From the NCBI GenBank assembly GCA_963790205.1, contig CAWBNQ010000001.1, forward strand, positions 512,001 through 576,000: a DNA stretch of 64,000 bases. The letters run 5' to 3'. Source of the DNA: Nitrospirota bacterium. GTDB taxonomy: Bacteria > Nitrospirota > UBA9217. Positions 39,823-49,612 of this stretch are shown here, in pieces. The notes beneath the pieces were generated by a model, which saw only the letters and a program-made list of their open reading frames with translations, did no database searches and was not told the DNA's origin. The first letter of the stretch is position 1; each line of letters starts with the position of its first letter. Made by a program: the position numbers and the translations under genes.

Positions 39823-39960
39823 TGCAATCATAAATTTTTAATTCATTTTGTCACAGAGAACGCAGCGGTAAGACATTAAATTCGTAAGAAGTTTTTCACT
39901 GTGAGCCTGTATATGCGAACCTTCGCTTGTGGTTAAAAAAGATTTTTAAAGGGGAACCTG

Positions 39961-40908
39961 ATGTTTCGATTTAAACAGGAGCAAAAAATATTTACCCTCG
40001 ACGGCATCAAGGTGGGCGGTCAGCCGGGAGAGAACCCGCCGCTTCTGATCGCGTCCATGTTTCACAACAAAGACCGGATCGTAACGGACCGGAAGGGCAA
40101 CTTCGACCGCGTAAAGGCCGCGGAGCTCATCAAGACGCAGGAAGCGCTTTCCGCCTCAACGGGCATCCCGTCCATGGTGGCCATGGTGGCAAACTCGCCG
40201 GAAGAAGCGAAGATCTACATAGACTTTTACCGCGAGACCACGAAGATGCCCTTCGGCATCGACATGTGGGTCGCGGAAAAGCGGGCACAGGCCACGGAGT
40301 ACGTGGCCAAGCTGGGATTGCAGGACCAGTTCCTGTATAACAGCATCACGCCCTGGGACAAGGACATCAAAGGCCAGGTCCAAAAATTGAAAGACCTCGG
40401 GATCAAGCACGTCGTGGTCCAGGCTTTCGACGACGCCGATCAGTCCCCGCGCGGGCGTCTTAACTCATTGGAGAAGATCCTCGCGCAGGGCGCCGATAGT
40501 TTTGAGACCATCATCGTCGATACCTCGGTCATGAACCTGCCTGCCACATCGTTCTCGCTCGTCGCGAACCGTATGATCAAGGAGAAGCTCGGCCTTCCCT
40601 GCGGCGGCGCCTACTCGAACGGCACGCATATGTGGAAAGAGGCGAAGACCATCTGGAGCCTCGACGGGTTCAAAGCGATGGATGCCGTGGTACAAGGCAT
40701 GGCCTCGGCGATCTGGAGCGATTTCAATTTCTACGGCCCCATCGTCACGGCGCCGCGGATCTTCCCGGCAGTGGCGGCGGCCCAGATCCTGCTTTCCACC
40801 CTGGTGTACGATGAAACACAAAAGATCTCCGACAATGAGAACGTCCCGATCAAGAAATACTTTTCGGACTTCCTCGGAAAGCTGACGGCTGGAGCAGCGA
40901 GGAAATGA
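39961..40908 (+). CDS. MtrH/MtgA-like pterin:corrinoid methyltransferase
   Basis: MFRFKQEQKIF...VGGQPGENP.LLIASMFH, G.FDR..A, LYNSI, GLPCGGA.SN, FYGPI. Confidence 0.85.
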   Translation: MFRFKQEQKIFTLDGIKVGGQPGENPPLLIASMFHNKDRIVTDRKGNFDRVKAAELIKTQEALSASTGIPSMVAMVANSPEEAKIYIDFYRETTKMPFGIDMWVAEKRAQATEYVAKLGLQDQFLYNSITPWDKDIKGQVQKLKDLGIKHVVVQAFDDADQSPRGRLNSLEKILAQGADSFETIIVDTSVMNLPATSFSLVANRMIKEKLGLPCGGAYSNGTHMWKEAKTIWSLDGFKAMDAVVQGMASAIWSDFNFYGPIVTAPRIFPAVAAAQILLSTLVYDETQKISDNENVPIKKYFSDFLGKLTAGAARK

Positions 40909-41192
40909 ACATTACCGCGACGCGGATCGACAAAGGGGGCCCCGATGATAGTTCACTCTCAGACAGTGGAAAATTGGCTGGCAACGTTGACCGAGGTTAA
41001 AGGAGTTTGCGGCAGGGTCATAGAACGTTCCCCCGGAAGGAAAGCGGAAAAGGCGGAGGGAGAGCGGGAAGGCGAGAAAAGGTCGTGTTGATCGATTTCT
41101 TCCGGCGTATTCCGTATCAAATGTTTTGCTTTCCTCCGCGTCATCCGGGGCGAACATGAATTTGATACCATATTCCTTTTAAAGGAGGCAGA

Positions 41193-42227
41193 ATGTCAAC
41201 GACAACACTAACAGCGCGGGAACGGGTGCTCAAGCTCTTCGCCGGGGATGCGGTAGACCGGCCGCCGTGCTTCAGCGGCATGGGCAACGTGACCACCGAA
41301 GGGCTGAAATCCCTGAACCAGAAGTTTGCGGCAACGCACCTTGACGCAAAGATGATGGCCGCGGCCGCGGCCTCGACCTACAAGCTGTTCGGGTTCGAGT
41401 GCGCGGTGGCCCCTTTCGACCTCTGCATCGAGGCAGAAGCCATGGGATGCGAGATCAACGTGTACGCCCATTCCGAGGACCTGCTGTACCCCACGATCAA
41501 GAAAAAACTGATCCACAACGAGGCCGAAATGGAGATATCCATCCCATCAGGCCTCACCAAACGCGGCAGGGTCCCGCTCATGAAGGAGGCGATCACGCTC
41601 ATAAAGAAGGACATCGGTGGTGAAGCGCCGGTCGGCTCCTACGTCCTGGGGCCCTTCACGCTTGCCGGCCAGGTCATGGAGCTGAACGATCTGTTGAAGC
41701 TGTCCTTCAAGAAGCCGGACAAGATCGGCAAGCTCCTGGACCAGCTCTCGGACGTGATCATCCAGGTCGCGGGAGAGTACGAAATGGCCGGTGTGGACTT
41801 CATCACCGTCCGCGAGATGGGAGCAACGTCGGACGTGCTCTCTCCCCGCGTGTTCAAGAGCCTCATCCTGCCCTATCTGAAAAAGATCTTCGAGAAGCTG
41901 ATGGTGCCGAGCGTGCTCCACATCTGCGGAAAAACGAATGACATCGTCCCCTTTATGGCCGAAAGCGGCGCGAAAGCGATCAGCGTGGACCAGAAGAACG
42001 ATCTTGCCGAGACGCGCAAGAAGCTCGGGCCCAGGGCCCTCGTGTTCGGGAACTACGACCCCTACAACGTTCTCGTGGCCGGCACGCCGGACCTGGTGCG
42101 CCAGACCATTAAGAAATGCATGGACGACGGCGCCAGCGCGGTCTGGCCCGGGTGCGACATCTGGCCCACGGTGCCGGCGGAGAATTTCAAGGCCATGATG
42201 GACGAAGTCAGAAAGTACAGGAGGTAA
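41193..42227 (+). CDS. MtaA/MtsA-type methylcobalamin:thiol methyltransferase #2
   Basis: PFDLCIEAEAMG, GRVP, GPFTLA, VLHICG, GNYDP, WPGCDIW. Confidence 0.88.
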   Translation: MSTTTLTARERVLKLFAGDAVDRPPCFSGMGNVTTEGLKSLNQKFAATHLDAKMMAAAAASTYKLFGFECAVAPFDLCIEAEAMGCEINVYAHSEDLLYPTIKKKLIHNEAEMEISIPSGLTKRGRVPLMKEAITLIKKDIGGEAPVGSYVLGPFTLAGQVMELNDLLKLSFKKPDKIGKLLDQLSDVIIQVAGEYEMAGVDFITVREMGATSDVLSPRVFKSLILPYLKKIFEKLMVPSVLHICGKTNDIVPFMAESGAKAISVDQKNDLAETRKKLGPRALVFGNYDPYNVLVAGTPDLVRQTIKKCMDDGASAVWPGCDIWPTVPAENFKAMMDEVRKYRR

Positions 42228-42231
42228 GCCC

Positions 42232-42924
42232 ATGGTAACCGAAGAGAAGAAAAAAGAGCTGTTGGCGAAATTACGCAGCGCCGTGATATCGTATGACGAG
42301 GACACCTCCAAAGAGGCGGCCCAGGAAGCGCTGGACGTGGGCATGGACGCGAACGACGCCATCTTCAACGGCCTCGTCTCCGGCATGGTGGAGGTCGGGA
42401 AGATGTTCGAGGCCCAGGAATACTTCGTTCCGGAGCTCCTCATGTGCGCCGACGCGCTCTATGCGGGCCTGGACATCCTGAAGCCCCACGTGACGCAGAT
42501 GGACCTCGGGGTGAAGGGTTCGGTCGTGATCGGGACCGTGGAAGGCGACGTGCACGACATCGGCAAGAATATCGTAAAGATGATGTTCGATGTGGCGGGT
42601 TTCACGGTCTATGACCTCGGCCGCGACGTGCCTCTCGACAAGTTCGTGGCCGAGCAGCTCCGGACCGACTCGGACCTGGTCTGCCTCTCAGCCATGATGA
42701 CCACCACCATGACAGGCATGAAGAAGGTCATCGACGACCTCCGGGCAAAGAACCCCAACGTCAAGATCATGATCGGAGGGGCGCCCGTGTCCCAGGACGT
42801 GGCCGACAAGTACGGCGCGGACGGGTATGCCAAGGACGCGACCAATGCATTGAAGGACGCGATCAACATGATCGCCTCGCTCAAGAAGATGAAGGACGAA
42901 GCTGAAGCGAGGAAACGCGCATAA
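42232..42924 (+). CDS. Corrinoid protein (MtaC/MtsB-like)
   Basis: GDVHDIGKN (DxHxxG), DLGRDVP, LSAMMTTT, IGGAPV. Confidence 0.95.
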   Translation: MVTEEKKKELLAKLRSAVISYDEDTSKEAAQEALDVGMDANDAIFNGLVSGMVEVGKMFEAQEYFVPELLMCADALYAGLDILKPHVTQMDLGVKGSVVIGTVEGDVHDIGKNIVKMMFDVAGFTVYDLGRDVPLDKFVAEQLRTDSDLVCLSAMMTTTMTGMKKVIDDLRAKNPNVKIMIGGAPVSQDVADKYGADGYAKDATNALKDAINMIASLKKMKDEAEARKRA

Positions 42925-43016
42925 ATGCGATCGAGGTGGATGTATTACCTCCCTCGCCTCGATCCTCGCCCCAGGGGGAGAGGGCCGGGGTGAAGGGGCT
43001 TTCGAGTGAAAATAAA

Positions 43017-43653
43017 ATGAAGATCGAACTCAAGACAGAGCTGCTCGGCCACGGCGCCGCAGTCGTGGGCATTGCCGGGCTCCGGGGCCACATGAGTGGA
43101 GAGCTCGCCCACCTGGACCAAGCCGTGTCCATCGGCGTGGACCGGAAGCTGAACGAGGACACGCTGAGCCTCCTCATGAAGCTCCAGAAGCGCGCGGTGC
43201 GCTATCTGAAGTCCCGGGGGTACCGTACGCTTGGCCATCCCGCCGGATTCGGACCGGAAGCAGGGGACGTTCGTATCGAAACTGTACTCCCTGTTCAACC
43301 ACAAGATGGCGGCCACCTCGGCCGGGCTGGGCTGGATCGGGAAGAACGGCCTCCTCATCAGTGCGGACTACGGTCCCCGGTTGTCTCTGGCCACGGTTCT
43401 GACCGATGCGCCGCTCAATGCGGATGCGCCCATGGAATACAGCCTCTGCGGCGACTGCGTCCTGTGCATGACCCACTGCCCGTCAAAGGCGATCACCGGC
43501 TCGGAATGGTCAAGGTCCGCGCCGTTCGTCGAGCTCGTGAGGCTTTCCGTCTGCAGGTCCCACAAGGCAACGAAGCGTGCCACGGACGGAAAGCCCAACT
43601 GCGGGCTGTGCATCAACATATGTCCCTATGGGAGAGAGAACAAGCGCCAATGA
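43017..43653 (+). pseudogene. QueG/reductive-dehalogenase-like Fe-S protein, frameshifted near 43232
   Basis: The N-half (GAAVVGIA...GYRTL) and C-half (AIPP..HKMAA..AGLGWIGKN..GPR, CGDCVLC..CP, CGLC..CP) are in different frames. One extra base; could be an assembly error. Confidence 0.75.
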
Positions 43654-43741
43654 ACAAACGTTTGGAATTTGATATCTGAAATTTGAACATTATTTGAGAT
43701 GTGTGATTTGAGTTTTTGAATTTCGGCAGTCTGGAGGAAGC

Positions 43742-45718
43742 ATGTCTAAGAAACATAAAGTCATCTTTCAGCCCTCGGGCAGGCGCGGCGAAGTGGAGGA
43801 AGGCAAGACCATCCTCGAGGCCGCCCAGTCTTTGGGTGTGGATATCGAGGGGCTCTGCGGGAACAAAAAGGTCTGCGGCAAGTGCAAGGTCCGGATCGAA
43901 GAGGGGTATTTCGAGAAGGACAACATCGAATCGGGCATGGCCCACCTCTCGCCGCTGACGGAGGCGGAGAAAAAACACATAAAGCCCGAGGACGGCCCCG
44001 GCATGAGGCTGTCCTGCACCGCCGAGGTCCATGGCGACATCAAGGTCTTCGTACCCGAGCGATCGCGGGCAGGGAAGCAGGTCGTCAGGAAGGCCGCGAA
44101 GGAGCTCACGATCAAGCTCGACCCGGCTATCAGGAAATACAACGTGGAACTCGTGCCCCCGACGCTCCACGACATGACCACCGGAGACCGGGAGCGGGTC
44201 TTGAAGTTCCTCGAGGACGATTACGGACTTACAGAGCTTACGTTTGACTACCTGGTCCTGAAGGACCTTCAGGATGTTCTGCGCAAAGGCGGCTGGAAGG
44301 CAACGGTCACGGTATGGATGGACAAGGAAATCATTAAAGTTGAGTCTGGCTTCGTCGAAGCAAGCTATGGTCTTGCCGTGGACATCGGCACCACCACCTG
44401 CGTGGGCTACCTCACGGACCTGAACACGGGCAAGGTCGTGAACACCGAGTCGATCATGAACCCCCAGGTGCCCTACGGCGAGGACGTGATGTCGCGCATC
44501 ACCTTTGCCATGAGCAACCCGGGCGGCCTCGAGACCATGCAGAAGGCGATCATTCAGGGCCTGAACGAGATCATCGCGCGGGTGGTATCGGAGATCATCA
44601 AAGACGGCCCGGATCCCGGCCGCGTGATCGACGACCTCACGATCGTATTCAACACGGCCATGCACCATATCTTCCTCGGCTTGAACCCCGAATATATCGG
44701 CCGCTCGCCCTTCATCCCCGCGGTCCAGAGCTCCCTCGACATCAAGGCGCGCGACCTGGGCCTCAAGATCAATCCCTCGGCCTACATCCACGTACTGCCC
44801 ATTGAGGCGGGTTTTGTGGGCGCCGACAACGTGGGCGTCTTGATCGCCGAGGAACCCTATAATCAGGATGAGATGGTGCTGATCATCGACATCGGAACGA
44901 ACGGCGAGCTGCTCCTGGGCAACCGGAACAAGGTCTGCTCCACCTCGTGCGCAACCGGGCCGGCCTTTGAAGGCGCCCAGATCAAGTTCGGTATGCGCGC
45001 GGCCCCGGGCGCCATCGAGACCGTCGAGATCGATCCCGAGACCAAAGAACCGCGCTACAAGGTCATCGGCAAGGCGGACTGGCACACGCACATCGAGGCG
45101 GTGAATGCCAAGGGCCTCTGCGGCTCGGGCATCATCGGGGTCGTGGCGGAAATGTTCAAAGCCGGCGTCATCGACAAAAGCGGCAGGTTCGTCATGGACC
45201 TCGGCACGCCGCGGGTCAGGAAGGACGCTGACGGCAAACCCGAGTACGTGCTGGCCTGGGCGGCCGAGACCTCCATTGGCCAGGACATCACCATTACCCA
45301 GGGCGACGTACGGGCGCTGCAATTGGCGAAAGGGGCCCTCTATGCGGGCGCAAAGCTGATGATGAAGCGGCTCGGCGTCACCAAGCTCGATCGCGTGATC
45401 CTGGCGGGCGCCTTCGGGAGCCACATCGACAAGGTGGCTTCGATGACGCTCGGCATGTTCCCGGACTGCCCCATCGACATGGTCTACGCCGTGGGCAACG
45501 CTGCCGGAGACGGCTCGCGCATGGCGCTCTTGAACCGGGACAAGCGGCGCGAGGCGAACGAGCGGGCGCGGTGGGTCGAGTTCGTCGAGATCGCCACGGA
45601 CCCGGCGTTCGAGAAAGAGTTCATGCAGGCGATGCACATCCCCCACATGAAGGACAAGTTCCCGAATTTGAAGGAGCTGCTCGAGAGGTCGAGGAGCCCC
45701 GTGGAGATTAAAGCATAG
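43742..45718 (+). CDS. ASKHA-type reductive activator of corrinoid proteins (RACo/RamA-like, DUF4445)
   Basis: N-terminal 2Fe-2S CG...CGKC; DIGTTT, NPQ..GEDVMSRI, DIGTNGE, GPAFEG, LAGAFG, GNAA. Confidence 0.93.
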   Translation: MSKKHKVIFQPSGRRGEVEEGKTILEAAQSLGVDIEGLCGNKKVCGKCKVRIEEGYFEKDNIESGMAHLSPLTEAEKKHIKPEDGPGMRLSCTAEVHGDIKVFVPERSRAGKQVVRKAAKELTIKLDPAIRKYNVELVPPTLHDMTTGDRERVLKFLEDDYGLTELTFDYLVLKDLQDVLRKGGWKATVTVWMDKEIIKVESGFVEASYGLAVDIGTTTCVGYLTDLNTGKVVNTESIMNPQVPYGEDVMSRITFAMSNPGGLETMQKAIIQGLNEIIARVVSEIIKDGPDPGRVIDDLTIVFNTAMHHIFLGLNPEYIGRSPFIPAVQSSLDIKARDLGLKINPSAYIHVLPIEAGFVGADNVGVLIAEEPYNQDEMVLIIDIGTNGELLLGNRNKVCSTSCATGPAFEGAQIKFGMRAAPGAIETVEIDPETKEPRYKVIGKADWHTHIEAVNAKGLCGSGIIGVVAEMFKAGVIDKSGRFVMDLGTPRVRKDADGKPEYVLAWAAETSIGQDITITQGDVRALQLAKGALYAGAKLMMKRLGVTKLDRVILAGAFGSHIDKVASMTLGMFPDCPIDMVYAVGNAAGDGSRMALLNRDKRREANERARWVEFVEIATDPAFEKEFMQAMHIPHMKDKFPNLKELLERSRSPVEIKA

Positions 45719-45962
45719 GTTCAAAAAATATTCACCACAGAGTACGCAGAGAAGAACAGTAAGCTGATTGTTTTCGTTTCTCTGCCATACAGCACTATCT
45801 TTCTCGTCTTCCCCTGTGACCTCTGTGGTTAAAATTGATTTTTAAAAGAATTATCACCGGGCCCCCCCGGTGGTAATGGGGTTGCAGGGGCAGGGGGCCG
45901 GCACTTTCCCGGGGCCTTCCTGCCCCTTATACCTTAGGTTTTCAAAAAGACGAGTTCTCTCT

Positions 45963-46277
45963 ATGACAACGGTAATAGTAAACTCAGGGGCCTGCGGGTA
46001 TTCCGTCACGATCAAGGCGGAAAAGGGCAAGGACGGGAAGATCGCTCTTTCTCTCACGACGGACTGCGAGATGGTAACAAAGATGCTCGAGGACATCGCC
46101 GTTGTCGACCGTTTTGCCGCATTGACCGGGTTCCAGAACAATCCCGTGTACCGGTCCGCGTCAAAACACTTGAAACACGCGGCCTGCGTTGTGCCGTCCG
46201 CTATTTTGAAGGCCATCGAGGCCGAGGCGGGCTTGAATGTGCCGAAAGACGCGGTCATACGCTTCGTAAAAGAGTAA
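45963..46277 (+). CDS. Small Cys-containing protein (DUF6951-like)
   Basis: GACG...TDC...HAACVVP..ILKAIE.EAGL. Confidence 0.7.
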   Translation: MTTVIVNSGACGYSVTIKAEKGKDGKIALSLTTDCEMVTKMLEDIAVVDRFAALTGFQNNPVYRSASKHLKHAACVVPSAILKAIEAEAGLNVPKDAVIRFVKE

Positions 46278-46341
46278 GCAAGACCATGGCCGACATCCGG
46301 ATATTTCGCGTGTTATACTTGCAGTGTCATCTGGTGAATGC

Positions 46342-47040
46342 ATGACTACCCTGGGAAAGATACTGGTTGTCGCGGCATACTGCGTGTACGCAGCGTTCTG
46401 GATACGGTTTTTCGCGCATTTGCTCGTGTGGTGGAGGGCCGCAAGGCGGCTTTCGGCGGGGGCCCCGGCGCCCGCCCCCCGATCGCGGTTGAAGGCCTGG
46501 GCGCTCACGGCCTCGGACGTGTTCCTTTTCGGACGGCTTCTGGTCGTGAACCCCGCGCTCTGGATCGGGGAGTGGGTCTTTCACGTTTCCTTTCTCCTGG
46601 TGCTCCTGCGGCATTTGCGGTATTTCCTGGACCCCGTGCCCGCGTGGGTATGGAGCGTTCAGTTCGCGGGCGCGATCGCGGGCTATATCCTGCCGCTCTC
46701 CCTCGTATACATCCTCGTCATCCGGCTGCTCACTGCACGGGAGAAATACGCTTCCCGCGCGAACGTGTTCCTCCTGGGCCTGGTGCTCGTCATCAGCTCG
46801 ATCGGGCTCATCATGCACGTGTGGCTCACGCCGAACCTCGTGGAGGTGAAGCTCTTCGCCCTCGGCTTGGCATGCTTCAAGCCGTCGCCCGCGCCGGGGA
46901 GCTTGTTGTTCATGGCGCACTTTATCCTGGTCCTGGTCCTGATTCCTTTTCTGCCCACGCACATCTTCACCGCGCCGCTCGTGATGATGGAGGCGAGAAA
47001 GAGGGAGCAGGCGCTCCACCTGGTGATGCATGAAGAATAA
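46342..47040 (+). CDS. Membrane cytochrome b, NarI/DsrM/HdrE-like
   Basis: About 5 TM helices; FHVSFLLVLLRHLRYF and HFILV...PTH heme-ligand His pairs. Confidence 0.8.
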   Translation: MTTLGKILVVAAYCVYAAFWIRFFAHLLVWWRAARRLSAGAPAPAPRSRLKAWALTASDVFLFGRLLVVNPALWIGEWVFHVSFLLVLLRHLRYFLDPVPAWVWSVQFAGAIAGYILPLSLVYILVIRLLTAREKYASRANVFLLGLVLVISSIGLIMHVWLTPNLVEVKLFALGLACFKPSPAPGSLLFMAHFILVLVLIPFLPTHIFTAPLVMMEARKREQALHLVMHEE

Positions 47041-48232
47041 ACGTTCATTCACGGAAGAGCTCCTGCCCCGGCAGGTCATCGAGCTCGACGCCTGCACCCA
47101 GTGCGGCGAGTGCTTGAAGCATTGCCCGGTCCAGGACGTTGCCGGGAATCCCGCGGTCTCGCCGCCCGAGAAGATCCGCATGTTCCGCGAGTTCATCCGC
47201 GCATCCGACGGTCTCAAGGCCACGCTCTTCGGCCCCCGCGAGGTTGACCGCAAACGGCTCGAGGACTTTACCAGGGCGGTGTATGAGTGCACGACCTGCG
47301 GCGCCTGCGGCCGGAAATGCCCGGTCGGGATCTTCACCCAGCGGCTCTGGCCCATGCTCAGAAAAGAAATGGTCAAGCGCGGACTCGGGCCCATCGGGAT
47401 CCAGGCGAACCTGCCCAAGGCGATCGAGCATTCCGGCAACCCTTATGACAAACCGGCGGCTGAACGCTACCAGCCCTGGTTCCCTGAACAGGTGAAGCTT
47501 GCAGAGCGGGCCGACATCGCCTATTACGCGGGATGCACGGGCGCTTACGAGGCGCAGCCCATGGTCAAGGGGGACGTGCTGGCATTACATGCGATCGGCG
47601 AGCCCTTTACCATGCTTCCGCCGGAGGAAGAGGTCTGCTGCGGCTTTCCTCTTTTTATTACGGGCCAGCACGACCTTCTCAAGGACCTTACGAAGAGGCT
47701 CGTGGAGGGATACAAGGCAAAGGGAGTGAAGGTCCTCGTCTGTTCCTGCCCCTGCTGCGTGAACATCATGACCAGGGACTGGCCGCTGTTCTACGGAGAG
47801 GCGCTCCCGTTCAAGATCCGGCATATCACGCAGTACGTGTCGGACGCGCTCTCAACAGGGAAACTCAGGCTGACGAAGGCATTAAACGAATCCGTCATCT
47901 ATCACGACCCCTGCTACCTCTCCCGGGGGGTCGGAGTGATCGAGGAGCCGCGCACGGTGCTCAAAAGCATCCCCGGCCTCACGCTCCTGGAGTTCGAGCG
48001 CCACGGGCTCAACTCCCGCTGCTGCGGCTCCGGCGGGGCCGCGAGGAAGGTCTTTCACGAAAACGCCATTGCCATGGGCAGGCTGACGATCGACGAGGCT
48101 GTGGCAAAGAAGGCGGACCGCCTGATCCTCGCCTGCCCAGCCTGCTACGCAAAGGTGAACGAGGCCATGCAGGGACACAAGAACCAGATACGGATCACGG
48201 ACATCATGGAACTGGTGAGCGGGTTGATTTAA
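47030..48232 (+). CDS. HdrD-like Fe-S/CCG-domain oxidoreductase
   Basis: Two CxxCxxCxxxCP motifs; two CCG domains (YAGC..VCCG..CPCC; HDPC..RCCG..CPAC). Confidence 0.88.
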   Translation: MKNKRSFTEELLPRQVIELDACTQCGECLKHCPVQDVAGNPAVSPPEKIRMFREFIRASDGLKATLFGPREVDRKRLEDFTRAVYECTTCGACGRKCPVGIFTQRLWPMLRKEMVKRGLGPIGIQANLPKAIEHSGNPYDKPAAERYQPWFPEQVKLAERADIAYYAGCTGAYEAQPMVKGDVLALHAIGEPFTMLPPEEEVCCGFPLFITGQHDLLKDLTKRLVEGYKAKGVKVLVCSCPCCVNIMTRDWPLFYGEALPFKIRHITQYVSDALSTGKLRLTKALNESVIYHDPCYLSRGVGVIEEPRTVLKSIPGLTLLEFERHGLNSRCCGSGGAARKVFHENAIAMGRLTIDEAVAKKADRLILACPACYAKVNEAMQGHKNQIRITDIMELVSGLI

Positions 48233-48256
48233 AAGATGTACTAAGGCTATTTGGTC

Positions 48257-48329
48257 GTCATTCCTGCGAAAGCAGGAATCCAGGATCTTATTGAAAACTC
48301 ACTGGATTCCGGGTCAAGCCCGGAATGAC
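48257..48329. repeat. RPE/dRS3-like palindromic element
   Basis: GTCATTCCTGCGAAAGCAGGAATCCAG ... CTGGATTCCGGGTCAAGCCCGGAATGAC. Confidence 0.8.
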
Positions 48330-48352
48330 GGCGTAAGGGAAAGCAAAAAATC

Positions 48353-49612
48353 ATGAGCCATTTTTCGATTCAATGCAGAAAGTGCGGCAAAACCCTCGAA
48401 CACGCCTACTGCGCCTTCTGCGAACACTGCAAGGACGCGCTCCTCGTCACGAATTATCACGACACCAGGTTCGCGGAACGCGAAGCCGACGGTATCTGGA
48501 GGTTCAACTGGCTTCCGGTCCATGGCTCGCAGTTCTCCCAGCCGGGTCCGCTCGTATACCGATCGCAGCGCCTCGCGGAGCGCCTCGGCCTCGAAAAGCT
48601 CTACATTGCCTTCAACGGGTACTGGCCCGAGAAGGGAGCCTTGCTCGAAACGTGCACGTTCAAGGAGTTCGAAGCAGCGGTCGTGCTCCAGAACGCCCGG
48701 GAGAACGGCGTCGAGGGACTGATCGTGGCCTCGGCAGGGAACACGGCGCGGGCCTTCGCGCACCTCTCGACCGTAACGGGATTTCCGGTCGTCATTGTCG
48801 TGCCCCGGATGTGCCTCGAGGAAATGTGGTATCTCGAACGCTCGAGCGCGGTACCGACGCTCGCCGTTGGGGACGGGGACTACGCCGACTCCATCGACGT
48901 TGCCAGGAAGATCGCCCTGGCCCGGGGCTTTCCCTTCGAGGGAGGCGTAAAGAACATCGCCAAGCGGGACGGCCTCGGCATCGTGATGCTCGAAGCAGTA
49001 TCGAAGATAGGCAGGCTGCCGGACCATTACGCCCAGGCCGTGGGAAGCGGCACCGGCGCCATCGGCGCGTGGGAGATGGCCGAGCGGTTCGTGAAAGACG
49101 GCAGGTTCGGACCGCGGTTGCCGATCCTCCACTTGGGACAGAACCTTCCCTTCGCTCCCATGGTCCATGCCTGGGAGCGCCGGAGCCGGACGCTGTTCCC
49201 CGAGGACCTGAGGCCGGAGCTGATCGGTCAGATCACGACGCGCGTGCTCTCAACGCGCTATCCCGCCTACTCGGTCCAGGGCGGCTTGTACGACGCCCTC
49301 ACGGCAACGGGCGGAAAGATGTACGGCATCGAGAACGACGCCGTCTACGCCGGCATGGAGCTTTTCCACGAGGCCGAGGGCATCGACATCGTTCCCGCCT
49401 CGGGCGTGGCTGTTGCCGCGCTCGGCGAAGCCGTACGCACAAACGCTATCAGGAAGAACGAGACCGTGCTCTTGAACATCACCGGCGGGGGCGAGGCGCG
49501 GCTCCGGCAGGCGAAGAAGACCTACGCTGTTGAGCCGAAGTTCATATCCAAGAACGCCACTGACCAAGAGATAGAGGAGCTTCTGTGCCACGCCCTGAAG
49601 AAGAACTCATAA
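48353..49612 (+). CDS. Cysteate synthase (Methanosarcina MA3297-type, PLP-dependent)
   Basis: FNGYWPEKGA...TCTFKEFEA, ASAGNTARAF, EGG.KNIAKRDGLG, QAVGSGTG, LNITGGG. Confidence 0.88.
   Translation: MSHFSIQCRKCGKTLEHAYCAFCEHCKDALLVTNYHDTRFAEREADGIWRFNWLPVHGSQFSQPGPLVYRSQRLAERLGLEKLYIAFNGYWPEKGALLETCTFKEFEAAVVLQNARENGVEGLIVASAGNTARAFAHLSTVTGFPVVIVVPRMCLEEMWYLERSSAVPTLAVGDGDYADSIDVARKIALARGFPFEGGVKNIAKRDGLGIVMLEAVSKIGRLPDHYAQAVGSGTGAIGAWEMAERFVKDGRFGPRLPILHLGQNLPFAPMVHAWERRSRTLFPEDLRPELIGQITTRVLSTRYPAYSVQGGLYDALTATGGKMYGIENDAVYAGMELFHEAEGIDIVPASGVAVAALGEAVRTNAIRKNETVLLNITGGGEARLRQAKKTYAVEPKFISKNATDQEIEELLCHALKKNS

Noticed and set aside
40945..41091. 48-aa ORF between the MtrH-like and MtaA-like genes
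   Set aside because: It has a plausible RBS but no motif; too weak to call.
38141..45718. Pyrrolysine/selenocysteine recoding or a cobalamin riboswitch in the operon
   Set aside because: No in-frame TAG/TGA in these genes and no recognisable B12-box.
43613..45724. Long reverse-strand ORFs opposite real genes (also 1090-2670, 37817-39175, 56588-57727)
   Set aside because: Typical GC-rich antisense shadows.
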